Shown one piece after another: positions 53,015 through 64,000 of a DNA stretch of 64,000 bases. Both the position numbers and the translations under genes were made by a program. Positions within the stretch are counted from its first letter, which is position 1. Every line of letters begins with the position of its first letter. The stretch spans positions 16,246,001 through 16,310,000 of the forward strand of contig CM075987.1 of NCBI GenBank assembly GCA_038087875.1, in the 5' to 3' direction. The notes under the pieces are model-generated. The model was not told the DNA's origin, made no database searches, and was given only the letters and a program-made list of their open reading frames with translations. This DNA is from Malacoraja senta. Its lineage: Eukaryota.

Positions 53015-53556
53015 TTTGGGAAGATTGCGTGCAGTTCTAGTTGCCCCAATGCAGGAAGGATGTGGAGGCTTTGGAGAGGGTGCAGAAGAGGTTTACCAGA
53101 ATGTTGCTTGGACTAGAGAGGATTGGCTATAAGGAGAGGTTGGACAAACTTTGATTGTTTTCTCTGGAGCATCAGAGATTGAGGGGAGACCTGAGAGAAC
53201 TGTATAAAATGATGAGAGGCATAGATAGGGTAGACAGCAGATTTTTTTTTTCCCAGGGTGGAAATATGAAAGATTAGATGGCATAGCTTTAAGGTGAGAG
53301 GGACAAAGTTTAATGGAGATGTGTAGTGCAAGTTTTTTTTACACAGAGTGGTTGGTGCCTGGAATGTATCATTGGGGGTAATGGTGGAGGTAAATATGAT
53401 TGTAGTGTTTGCGACGCTTTTAGATAGGCACATGGAGGCGCAAGGACTGGAAGGGAATGGATCACGTGCAGGCAGAGGAGATTAGTGTAACTTGGCATCA
53501 TGTTTGGCACAGACATTGTGGGCCTTCCTATGCTGCCTTGTTCTATGCCCTATGTT
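53015..53556 (+). mobile_element. CR1-like LINE 3' fragment
   Basis: Decayed LERVQKRFTRM, LFSLE..RLRGDL and FFTQ.VVGAWN motifs with 3' tail. Confidence 0.8.
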
Positions 53557-53854
53557 CGTACGACTGCTTGGTCACAGAGGACATCACTGCCCCAGAGTCA
53601 CCCTGCCCTCTCCTCTCTTTACGCCAGGCGACAATGGCAAGCAATTGAGAGTGGGAGCCCTGGAGGATATTTCTTCTACGCTGGCTCAAATGATGCTGGC
53701 AGAGGTCTTGGAAGTTGATGACTCTGACCAGGAATGTCCCTCTCTCTTTATATATAAATCAAAAAGTATTTCAGCATTGCTTAAAATGTGTAATTACTGA
53801 TGATGCTCTCAGGGGCTGAACATAATGATGGTGACGAGCCAAAATCAGAGGTAA

Positions 53855-54546
53855 TAGAAACATAGAAACATAGAAAGTAGGTGCGAGAGTAGACCACCAG
53901 GCCCATCGAGCCCGCACCGCCATTCGCTCATGGCTGAACACTAAACAGACACCCTTACCCACAAACAGTAGACACAAGACACAGAACACAAGACACTACC
54001 CTCCCCTTTATACCGCTATCACCCCTCTCCACCCCAAGAACCGCGTGATCTCCTGGGGGAGGCAAAAAAACGGATAAAAACCCAGGTCCAATTCGGGAAA
54101 AAAATCCGGGAAATTCCTCTCCGACCCCAATCCAGGCGATCGACACTTGTCCAGGAGATCACTCAGGTCTTACTATACTAACCATACCTAGGTCCATATC
54201 CCTGCCCTCTCCCCGTAGCCCCTTATCCCCTTGGCAGCTAAAAAACCATCTATTTTAGACTTAAATATATTTAATGTTTCTGCTTCCACTGCTCCCTGGG
54301 GCAGTGAATTCCATAAATTAACCACCCTCTGGGTGAAGAAGTTTTTCCTCATCTCAGTTTTAAAAGAGCCCCCCCTTATTCTACAACTATGTCCCCTAGT
54401 TCTAGTTTCCCCGATCATTGGGAACATCCTCGGTGCATCCACCCGATCAAGGCCCCTCACGATCTTATATGTTTCAATGAGATCGCCTCTCATTCTTCTA
54501 AACTCCAAAGAGTAGAGTTCCAGCCTACTTAACCTTTCCTCATATG
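53855..54546 (-). mobile_element. Young CR1-like LINE 3' end with long 3'UTR and (TTTCTATG)n tail
   Basis: TYEERLSRLELYSLEFRRMRGDLIETYKI...FFTQRVVNLWNSLP. Confidence 0.9.
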
Positions 54547-55410
54547 TCTGGCAGCGACGCTTCTCTGCCGGATGAATTTGGTGTATTTTGCCCCCAGTTT
54601 CGACCTGGCAAAGAGTGTCCCACCATGGCTCTTCCCTCCTTTTCTCCATACTGACAGGAGTCAGAATTGCTTTCACGAGGGTAAACTCTCGGAAAGCGTC
54701 CGGGCCGGATGATGTCCCAGGATGGGTTCTGAAATCGTGCACCATTCAACTGGCCACAGTCTTCGCCGACATCTTCAACCTCTCACTTCAACACTCTACT
54801 GTCCCTATCTGCTTCAAGGAAACCTCCATCATTCTAGTCCCCATGAAAGGTAAACCTGCCTCGATAACTACCGGCCAGTATCTCCAACAGTGACCACAAT
54901 GAAGTGCTTTGAAAGATTGGCAATGGCCCACATCTGCTCCAGTCTCTTGGACTTCCTTCCACCCGGCCCATCCACAAGGCACGCTGCACTGGGAAGGCTA
55001 GAAGTGTCATCAAGGAACAGTGTCACCTTTTTCCCTCTTCTCCCTCCCCTTTTCTCTCTTCTACCTTCTGGGAGAAGATACAGGAGCTTGAAAGCTCGGA
55101 TATCCGGACTTCAGAATAGTTCTTCTCCACTGCTATTCATCTCCTGAACCAGTCACCTCTCCGCACCCTCTCTCCGGAGGTGCTGCCACATACACTCACT
55201 CTTAACTCTACCCCACTCAGTTATTCCGTTATTGTGCATTAATATTCTTTTGCATACAATCTGCGCACCATTCTGCTGTTTCACATTGGTCTTTGTATTT
55301 ATTGTTGTATCTATCATTACCGTGGACACGGTATACTCTATGGGCTTCATGTGAACATGGAATTTCATTGCACCCTGGTGTATGTGCCAATAAGCTAGTC
55401 TCAATCTGAA
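54547..55410 (+). mobile_element. Rex1/Babar-like LINE fragments
   Basis: VNSRKASGPDDVPGWVLKSCTIQLATVFADIFNLSL, MKCFERL and LFSLLPSGRRYRSLKAR. Confidence 0.8.
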
Positions 55411-56865
55411 TCTGCTGCAGTAAAATTAGAATGTGTTCAGTCAATGATGCAAACGCATCTTAAGCTGATTTCAGTAGAATTTGACTCCCTGCATCATAAC
55501 AGCTAGAACCCCAGCATTATCCACCCTGACATCAATTCAAAGATTGAAAGCCAAACAAAAGGCTGTTCAAGTTTGTTAATTCCAGTGTAGGCTGCTGGTT
55601 TCACAGTCCACAGGACTGTCCACGTACAGCGAGAATCTGAAGAATTTCAGCCCTTGCCGCAGGAATCCTGTTGGCTGATTTGGGACTACCCTGCTTTGTG
55701 ATTCTTTCAGCTCACTGGGCCCACGTTTACTCTGGCTGAGGAATGAAGCAATCCTCTCCTCCCTCTCTCTCTCTCTCTCTCCATTTCTCCGTCTCCCCAT
55801 CTCTCACGCCTTCTCTCCTTCTCCCACTTTCTCCAGCTCACTGTCTCTCATTGTCTCTGAATCCCTCTCTCCTTTTCTCTCTCTCTGTCTCTCCTCTCCC
55901 TATTTCTGTCTTTCCCTCTCTACCTCTTTCCATCACTCCCTCTCTCTGTCTCTGTCTGTCTCTCTCTCTCTCTCCCTTGTCTTCCCGTCTCTGTTTCCCC
56001 TCTCTCTTTCTCTCCCTCTTTCCCTCCATCTTTCTCTCCATCTCTACCTTTTCCCTCCCTTGTTTCCCTCTCTCTGTCTCTCCCTCTCTCCATCTTTCTC
56101 CGTCTCTACCTCTTTCCCTCTTTCCCACCCTTGTTTTCCTATTATTTCCTTTCTCCCTTTCCCCATCACCTTAACTTATATCCCTCCCTGCGGCTTTACA
56201 TTTCACTCCTCCTTTTCTTTCCGTATCTGACACCCTTTCATCTCCTTTTTACCTCTAGCCTTTGTCATTTACGCCACCCATCTTCCCCCTCACCTGCATC
56301 CACCTATCACTTGCTCCACCCCACTTCTTCTTCAGCTATCTACCCCCGACTAAAATTAATCTGAAGAGTCCCGGCCTGAAACATGACTATTTATTCCCTC
56401 CACAGATGCTGCCTGGCCTGCCGGATTCCTCCAGCACTCTGTGTTTTGCTCTGGATTCCAGCTTCTGCAGTTCCGATGCCTCCCACAATATTCTGAGCCC
56501 TGCACTCCCACCACCCACCACACTGGACCTTGGGCTGAACTTCTGCTGCCAGTGATGGTGTGATTTATAAATCACCATCCAGTGCAAGTATTGACATTGA
56601 TAAATGTTGGCTGTGTGGAGACTCAACGGTAATAGGAAACATGTATGAAAATAGAACTACAGCCAAGATTGGACTAGCCGTCATCTTATGAATGTCAGAG
56701 CAGGTATGATGAGTAACTTGCGTCTCTTCCTCATGTTTGTTAACAGTTGCCATTCACGGAGTGTCTCTCTGACAACAAAGCACCAGGAGTATAATCAGAC
56801 CAAGTCTGATGCCAAGCTATGTACGGAGATGTTAGGAAAGGTGAGGTGAAGAGGTTAACTTTATA

Positions 56866-56996
56866 GAGAGAGAGACAGAGAGAGACAGAGAGAGAGAGAC
56901 AGAGACAGAGAGAGAGACAGAGAGAGACAGAGAGAGACAGAGACAGAGACAGAGACAGAGACAGAGACAGAGACAGAGACAGAGACAGAGACAGAG
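56866..56996. repeat. (AG)/(AGAGAC)n microsatellite
   Basis: Read directly. Confidence 0.95.
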
Positions 56997-57772
56997 AATT
57001 CCAAAGATTAACAACTCTCTGGGTGAAAATGTTTTTCTTCATCTCAGTCCCAAATGGCCTACCACTTATTCTTAAACTGTGATCCCTGGTTCTGAACTCC
57101 CCCAACATCGGGAACATTTTTCCTGCATCGAGCCTGTCGAATCCTTTAAGAATTTTATATGTTTCTATAGGATTCCCTCTCATCCTTCTAATTTCCAGTG
57201 AATACAAGCCCAATCGACCAATTCTTTCATCATATGTCAGTCCCGCCATCTCGGGAATTAACCTGGCAAACTTGCGCTGCACTTCCTCAATAGCAATAAT
57301 GTCCTTCATTATAAATTAGGAGATCAAAATTGCACAAAATACTCCAGATGCGGTCTCACCAGGGCCCTGTACAACTGCTGTAGGACCACCTTGCTCTTAA
57401 ACTCAAATCCTGTCGCAATAAAGGCCAACATGCCATTAGCTTTCTTCACTGCCTGTTGTACCTGCATGCTTACTTTCAGTGACTGATGTACAAGCAAACC
57501 CAGGTCTCGTTGCACCTCCCCTTTTCCTAACCTGACACCATTCAGATAATAATCTGCCTTCCTGTTCTTGCCACCAAAGTGAATAAGCTCACATTTATCC
57601 ACAATATACTGCATCTGTCATGTATTTGCCCACTCACCCAACCTACGCAAGTCACCCTGCAGTCTCATAGCATCCTCCTTGCAGCTCACACTGCCACCCA
57701 GCCTTGTGTCATCCGCAAACCTGGAGATGTTACATTTAATTTCCTCATCTAAATTGTTAATATATATTGTAA
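56997..57772 (-). mobile_element. CR1-like LINE RT fragment
   Basis: IYINNLDE..ISRFADDTRLGG, DLGLLVHQSLK, LYRALVRPHLEY; frameshifted. Confidence 0.9.
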
Positions 57773-58282
57773 TAACCAACAGTAATGCAATTAAAGTCAT
57801 GGACATGTAACAATGAAACATCAAGGATAATGGACATCTCAAACAGTTACTGAGCGAGAGGATCTAAAATTCTCGTGCAATGGGCACTGTGGCCTTTAGT
57901 TTGAAGATAGACACAAAATGCTGGAGTAACTCAGCGGGACAGGTAGCATCTCTGGAAAGAAGGAATGGGTGATGTTTCGGGTCGAGACCCTTTAGTTTTC
58001 CAGCCTAATTTAGGTCCACTATCTGCCGTGTAAGGACATGTTCTGATTCTGTCTGCTGATAAAGTCATGGAATAATACAGCATTGAAACATGCCCTTCCA
58101 CCCAACTAATCAATGCCGACCAAGATGCCCCATCTAAGCTGGTGCTATTTTCCTGAGCTTGGCACAAATCCCCATAAACCATACCTATCCATGTACCTGA
58201 CCAAATGACTTTTAAATGTGTTATTCTACCTGCCTCAACTACTTCCACAGGCAACCTGTTCTGTATACCAACCATCCACTGA

Positions 58283-59427
58283 CAGTGGTGCAGCTGGTAG
58301 AGCTGCTGCCTCACAGCGCCAGGCACCCGGGTTTGATCCTGACCTCGGGTGCTGTCTGCGTGGAGTTTGCATGCCCTCCCTGTTACCTGGTTTCTGAACG
58401 GTCCTTCCATAAATTAGGGTACAGTCTGATTCACTTTCTACCCCACTGCAGATCCTGGACTTCTCTGGAACTGGTGCGTTACAATGCCCTGAACCATGTT
58501 CTCCACTCTGTATCTTCCTCTCTGCTCTACCTATTGTGCTTGAGTTTGACTTGATTGTATATATGTACAGTGTTATCTGACTGGATAGCGGGTGAAACAA
58601 AGCACTATTCCTCACTACGCAGGCTCCGGTTTCCTCCCACATCTCAAAGACATGCCGGTTTGTAGACTAATTGGCCTCTGCAAAAATTGTCCCTCGGATA
58701 GTATAGGAATAGAGAGGTTCTTCTGCAGTTGTATAGGGCTCTGGTAAGACCACATCTGGAGTATTGCGTACAGTTTTGGTCTCCTAATTTGAGGAAGGAC
58801 ATCCTTGTGATTGAGGCAGTGCAGCGTGGGTTCGCAAGATTGATCCCTGGGATGGCGAGACTGTCATGTGAGGAAAGATTGAAAAGACCAGGCTTGTATT
58901 CACTGGAGTTTAGAAGGATGAGGGGGGATCTTATAGAAACATATAAAATTATTAAAGGACTGGACAAGCTAGATGCAGGAAAAATGTTCCCAATGTTGGG
59001 CGAATCCAGAACCAGGGGCCGCAGTCTTAGAATAAAGGGGAGGCCATTTAAGACTGAGGTGAGAAAAAACGTTTTCACCCAGAGAGTTGAGAATTTGTGG
59101 AATTCCCTGCCACAGAGGGCAGTGGAGGCCAAATCACTGGATGGATTTAAAAGAGAGTTAGATAGAGCTCTAGGGGCTGGCGGAATCAAGGGATATGGGG
59201 AGAAGGCAGGCACAGGTTATTGATTGGGGATGATCAGCCATGATCACAATGAATGGCGGTGCTGGCTCGAAGGGCCGAATGGCCTCCTCCTGCACCTATT
59301 TTCTATGTTTCCATGGTTATCGGAGGTGGATGTGTAAATGGGATGACATAGTATTTGTAGGAAGAAATAATCGATGGTTGGCATGGACACTTGGCTAGAG
59401 GGCCTCGTTTCTCAAAACTAAACTAAA
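58283..59427 (+). mobile_element. HE1-like SINE split by a LINE 3' end (~58386-58620) and a young CR1 3' end (~58699-59318)
   Basis: SINE head 58283-58385, middle 58623-58698, tail 59320-59427; CR1 ORF 58729-59223 uninterrupted. Confidence 0.85.
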
Positions 59428-59753
59428 TTCTGGGTTTTGTAGCTTTCATGGTCATTACCGAGCAGGGCAATAATTTCAATATGATACAGACACACCGATA
59501 GGCAGTGCTTTTATTCATGTGCCAGAACACATACTTTCAGTGCCTATGGCAAAACATCATCGTATAAGCTGCTTATGCCGTTGAAGGGCCTGACCGACTA
59601 AGCAAAGCACTGCAATGTTGTCAGTAAAAAGAGTTGGAGGAAAAGCAGGGAGAGAAATGTTGGAATGTGGATTAAAACCAACTAGTTGAGGAAAATAAAA
59701 GGGAGAGGGAAAAGATAGAGAAAAGGGAAAGAGAAAAAGAATGTAAAGAGACT

Positions 59754-59858
<105 letters not shown>

Positions 59859-60854
59859 GAGAAAGATGTATTAATTTATCACGTGCCAGGTTTTGTCCCG
59901 CTCCCACCTCTTTTCCAGTTATCTTCCTCCTACTACAATCTCTCTGAAGAAGGGGTCACGACCCAAAACGTCACCTATCTTTGTCCTCCAGAGACGTTGC
60001 CTGACCCGCTGAATTACTGTAGACACCTCTCTCTTTAGTTAGAATAAGTAAGTGAACAGTTAATATTTTGGGAGGGTCTTATAGGCAGTGGCCCGCCAAG
60101 CCCACCCTGTCACCCTCCCTCAGAGGCTGACAGCCCAGGAAAGTGTCTCCAGCATTCTTCTGTTTATCTTTGATGTAAAATGTAGGTGCGTTTGTGTGTG
60201 TGTGTGTGTGTGTCATTGTTTGTGTGTGCCTGTGTGTTTTGCTTTGTAAAAAATAACAGAAACTTGAGCCGTGTCATCAGTGTTTATAGGTCACCGTGGT
60301 GCCGCAATGAAGCAGTGATGTGGACTGCAGTGTGGTCGACCAGATGTTAGCAAGTGAACTGCATGGAAAGACTGACAAGAGTTTCCTGTCGTGTATAGAG
60401 TGAGTCCCAGGCTAAAGCCTTCGGCATGGACCCTGCCAGATTTCAATCAGCAGCATCATTTCACATTCAAAGAAGGGAGAGTCAGTGGGGAGCTGGACGT
60501 GGGGGTGGCCCTATACAAATATTTCCACGTAAAGTTTCAGGCCGAGGGCGAGCATGTCTGACTCATCCTAAATAGTTTCCCTGTTGAGTGTGTGGCAGCC
60601 TTCACTCCAGACACCAGTCCCTGGTGCTTTTGAACACTCACTTGCACAGAAACAAGCCAGCAATTGGAACAGGCTCCCTTGCATTCTGCCAGTAAATAAC
60701 CCACCAGCCAATAACTGCAACAATAATGATTAAGTATGAACAAATGGCTTTGGAAATCCTAACATGAAAACTCCCCTTGCCTCGTGGAGCCCCTTCTTTT
60801 AGATTATAGTGAAATAATTTCAGATGATATCTCATGAATTTATGATTGAATGAT

Positions 60855-61060
60855 AGCAGCATGGCCCTTCGGTCCATCAAGTCCACACTGACCATCGATT
60901 ACCCATTCACACTAGTCTCTACATTATCCCACTTTCGCATCCACTCCGTACGGATGAGGGGCAATTTACAGCAGCCAATTAACCTATAATCTCTCCCGTC
61001 TTTGGGATACGGGATGAACCCGGAGGGCCCTGAGGAAAGCCACTCGGTCGGTCACAGGGA
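60855..61060 (-). mobile_element. HE1-like V-SINE 3' part
   Basis: Reverse complement of the SINE body and tail. Confidence 0.75.
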
Positions 61061-61145
61061 GGGAGATGTTGTATCATTCAATCAAAAAAACTGGCATCCC
61101 GTCATCCTGCCCCTAAAGGTCATCCAGGGTTACATTCACAACATT

Positions 61146-61800
61146 CCGTAACTCCCTAGTCAATTCTTCCTTTCCCTCCCGCACCAACCCCTCCCCAGGC
61201 ATTTTTCCTTGCAACCGCAAGAGATGCAACACTTGTCGCTTTACCTCCCCCCTCGTCTCCATTCAAGGACCCAAGCAGTCATTCCAGGTGCGACAGAGGT
61301 TCACCTGCACCTCCTCCAACCTCATCTATTGCATCCGCTGTTCTAGATGTCAGCTGATCTACATCGGTGAGACCAAGCGTAGGCTTGGCGATCGTTTCGC
61401 CGAACACCTCCGCTCGGTCCGCATTAACCAACCTGACCTCCCGGTGGCTCAGCACTTCAACTCCCCCTCCCATTCCGTATCCGACCTCTCTGTCCTGGGC
61501 CTCCTCCATGGCCAGAGTGAGCACCACTGGAAATTGGAGGAACAGCACCTCTTATTCCGCTTGGGGAGTCTGCATCCTGGTGGCATGAACATTGAATTCT
61601 CACAATTCTGTTAGCCCCTGCTGTCTCCTCACCTTCCCAGCTCTCCCTCAGCCCTCGGGATCCTCCTCCTCCTTTTTCCTTTCTTCTCCCCGCCCCACAC
61701 CTCCCATCAATCTGAAGAAGGGTTTCGGCCCGAAACGTTGCCTATTTCCTTCGCTCCATAGATGCTGCTGCACCCGCTGAGTTTCTCCAGCATTTTTGTC
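61146..61800 (+). mobile_element. Penelope-like element 3' fragment with intact GIY-YIG segment and hammerhead core (61712-61739)
   Basis: NLIYCIRCSRCQLIYIGETKRRLGDRFAEHL...LEEQHLLFRLGSLHPGGMNIEF; same family as 49757-51183. Confidence 0.92.
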
Positions 61801-61844
61801 TTACATTCACAACTCTCTGGACATGAATCTCCAACCTCTGACAG

Positions 61845-62137
61845 AGTGGCACAGAGTTGCTGCCTTAAGGCGCCAGAAACCCAGGTTCGATCCTGACTAA
61901 GGGTGCTGCCTGTACGGAGTTTGTACGTTCCCCCTGTGACCATGTAGGCTTTCTCCAGGTGCTCTGATTTCCTCCCACACTCCAAAGACGAACAGGTTTG
62001 TGGGTTAATTGGCTTTTGTAAATTGTAAATTATTCCTAGTATGTAGGATAGTGCTAGCGTGACGTGGTGACAGCTGGTTGGTGCCGACTCGTGTGCACCG
62101 AAGGGCTGGGTTACACTGTGCATCTCTAAAGTCTAAA
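61845..62137 (+). mobile_element. HE1-like V-SINE
   Basis: GGTTCGATCC, V-domain, tail. Confidence 0.8.
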
Positions 62138-62786
62138 GATGCAAGATTTACACCAACACAGTATGACTAACACATAAACTAAGCAGGTATTTATTCAATC
62201 TTTCCTTTTTCCTTCATGAAGTTTTTTACAGCTTCTCTATTTGCCTAGTGCCTGTTCAAATTCAAGTTAAGGTCATTGTCATATATATGGTGAGATCCAG
62301 CTGCAATGAAAGATCTTGCTGTCTTGCCCTTGACACTTTCCTAACCCTTTGGCTGGGAAAACATTCCTTCCAAACCTGCTCGCCATTAACGTTAATTGAT
62401 ATCCCTCAATTACAGGGTCCTCTGTCAAGGACAAGTGATCTTTCCTCCTCTCCTGCTATTTTTGTCTGAACGGACTATTTAGAAGAAAGATGGAGAGTAA
62501 GGAGCTATTGCCATTCCTCCTACTAATATTTGGTACAAGAAGCATCTACCTTGCCTGAGCATCAAGACACAGGACTGTACAGAGTTAAGTCAAGAAGGAC
62601 TCAATAATGGACCTCAGTCCCATTCCATGTGCCCATCACCTTCCCAACATACATATGATCCAAAAGGTAAATCAGCAAAGATTACGGGTCCTGATGGCGT
62701 CGGGTGGATATGACTCTGAGTCGTCCCCACAGTGAAATAATTGTTCTTTGAGCGAAAACTAACAATGGTGGTGAGAAAAGATCCAC

Positions 62787-62969
62787 GAGTGCCTTGACCT
62801 TGACCTTTCTCCAGTGTGCCTTGACCTTCCTCCCATGAGTGCCTTGACCTTCCTCCCATGAGTGCCTTGACCTTCCTCCCATGAGTGCCTTGACCTTCCT
62901 CCCATGAGTGCCTTGACCTTCCTCCCATGAGTGCCTTGACCTTCCTCCCATGAGTGCCTTGACCTTCCT
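62787..62969. repeat. 23-bp minisatellite CATGAGTGCCTTGACCTTCCTCC
   Basis: About 7 mostly perfect units. Confidence 0.95.
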
Positions 62970-64000
62970 CAGGAATGACCCATGGGAACATTAGCCGGTG
63001 ATGTGACCCACACTACACCACCACAAGATGGCTATTCATCTAAGCCCTGTTTTAGAGATAGAGCGTGGCAACAGGCCTGGCGACCCACCAAGCCCCTGCC
63101 AACCAGCAATCCCTGTACACTAGTTCTATCCCAAAGACTAGGGACAATTTACAGAAGCCAATTAACCTGCAAACATGCACATGCCCCTGGATGACTCATT
63201 GTTCCTTGTCAGCAGGTTCTACCATAAATCTGCCCCAATCAATATTAAAGTTCGTGCCAATAAGTAGCAAATGACGTCTCACCATTTTTGCTATAAAATG
63301 ATGAGAGGCATCAATAGGATAGACAATCAGAGCCTTTCTTCCCCCAGGGTAGAAATGTCAAAGACTAGAAGGCATTAGCTTTAAGGTGAGAGAGGCAAAG
63401 TTTAAAGGAGATGGGCGGGGCAAGTTTTTTCTTGCACAGAAAGTGATGCGTGCCTGGAACACATAGCCAGGGGTGGTGGTGGGGGCAGATACAATAGAGG
63501 CATTTAAGAGGCTTTTGGATAGTCACATTGATACCCAGGGAATAGAGGGATTTGGATCACCTGCAGGTAGAGGAGATTAGATTAACTTGGCATTATATCG
63601 GGCACAGTCATTGTGGGCTGAAATGCCCGATCCTGTGCTGTACTGCTTATATTGACAATCTCTATACAACTACTAGCCTTGACATTCAAAAATGTTATCA
63701 TTACCAGGACCCCCACTATCAATATCCTGCGAATCACCATTGACCAGAAATTCAACAGGAGTCTCAACATAAGCACCATTGTCTGTCTGACACCTAAATC
63801 CTTTCCATCATCTATGGCACGTCATGGGTGTGGTGGCAACTCTCCAATCGCCTGGATGAATATACCTTAACTAACACCCGAGAAGCTTGACCCTGGGGAG
63901 CATTAGCCCACTTGATTGCCAAGCCATCCACCACTCATTCCCTCTCCTAGGGTACACAGTGGCTGCAGGATGAACTAACCGGAAAATGCACTGGAATTAC

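Noticed and set aside
62787..62969. Regular repeats as a CRISPR-like array (also 37.1 and 8.8 kb)
   Set aside because: Head-to-tail repeats without unique spacers, eukaryotic context, no cas genes

Overview
Repeat-dense vertebrate genomic DNA. The tRNA-derived V-type (HE1-like) SINEs and their partner CR1-like LINE tails suggest a cartilaginous fish, probably a skate or ray (inference). The one recognisable host gene is the 3' end of dynamin-1 (DNM1) on the minus strand. It comprises a 12-nt DKEN microexon (52219-52230), two GED-region exons, the proline-rich-domain exon, the short-tail exon giving the calcineurin-docking PRITISDP* end, and a probable terminal 3'UTR exon near 24.1-24.6 kb. 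A CpG-rich region at 8.6-9.3 kb looks like the promoter and first exon of an unidentified minus-strand gene. The rest is transposable elements and tandem repeats: a decayed Tc1, a hAT-like element containing a Penelope-like element (PLE), a TTAA-flanked MITE, a Helitron-like end, and L1, CR1, Rex1/Babar and HERO-like fragments. The most striking pattern is a family of about 120-240 bp non-coding fold-back elements. Each is made of two inverted copies of the PLE 3' terminal repeat, usually retains minimal hammerhead-ribozyme core sequence, and is typically flanked by a 12-18 bp target-site duplication (TSD). All family names come from motif recognition, not database searches.
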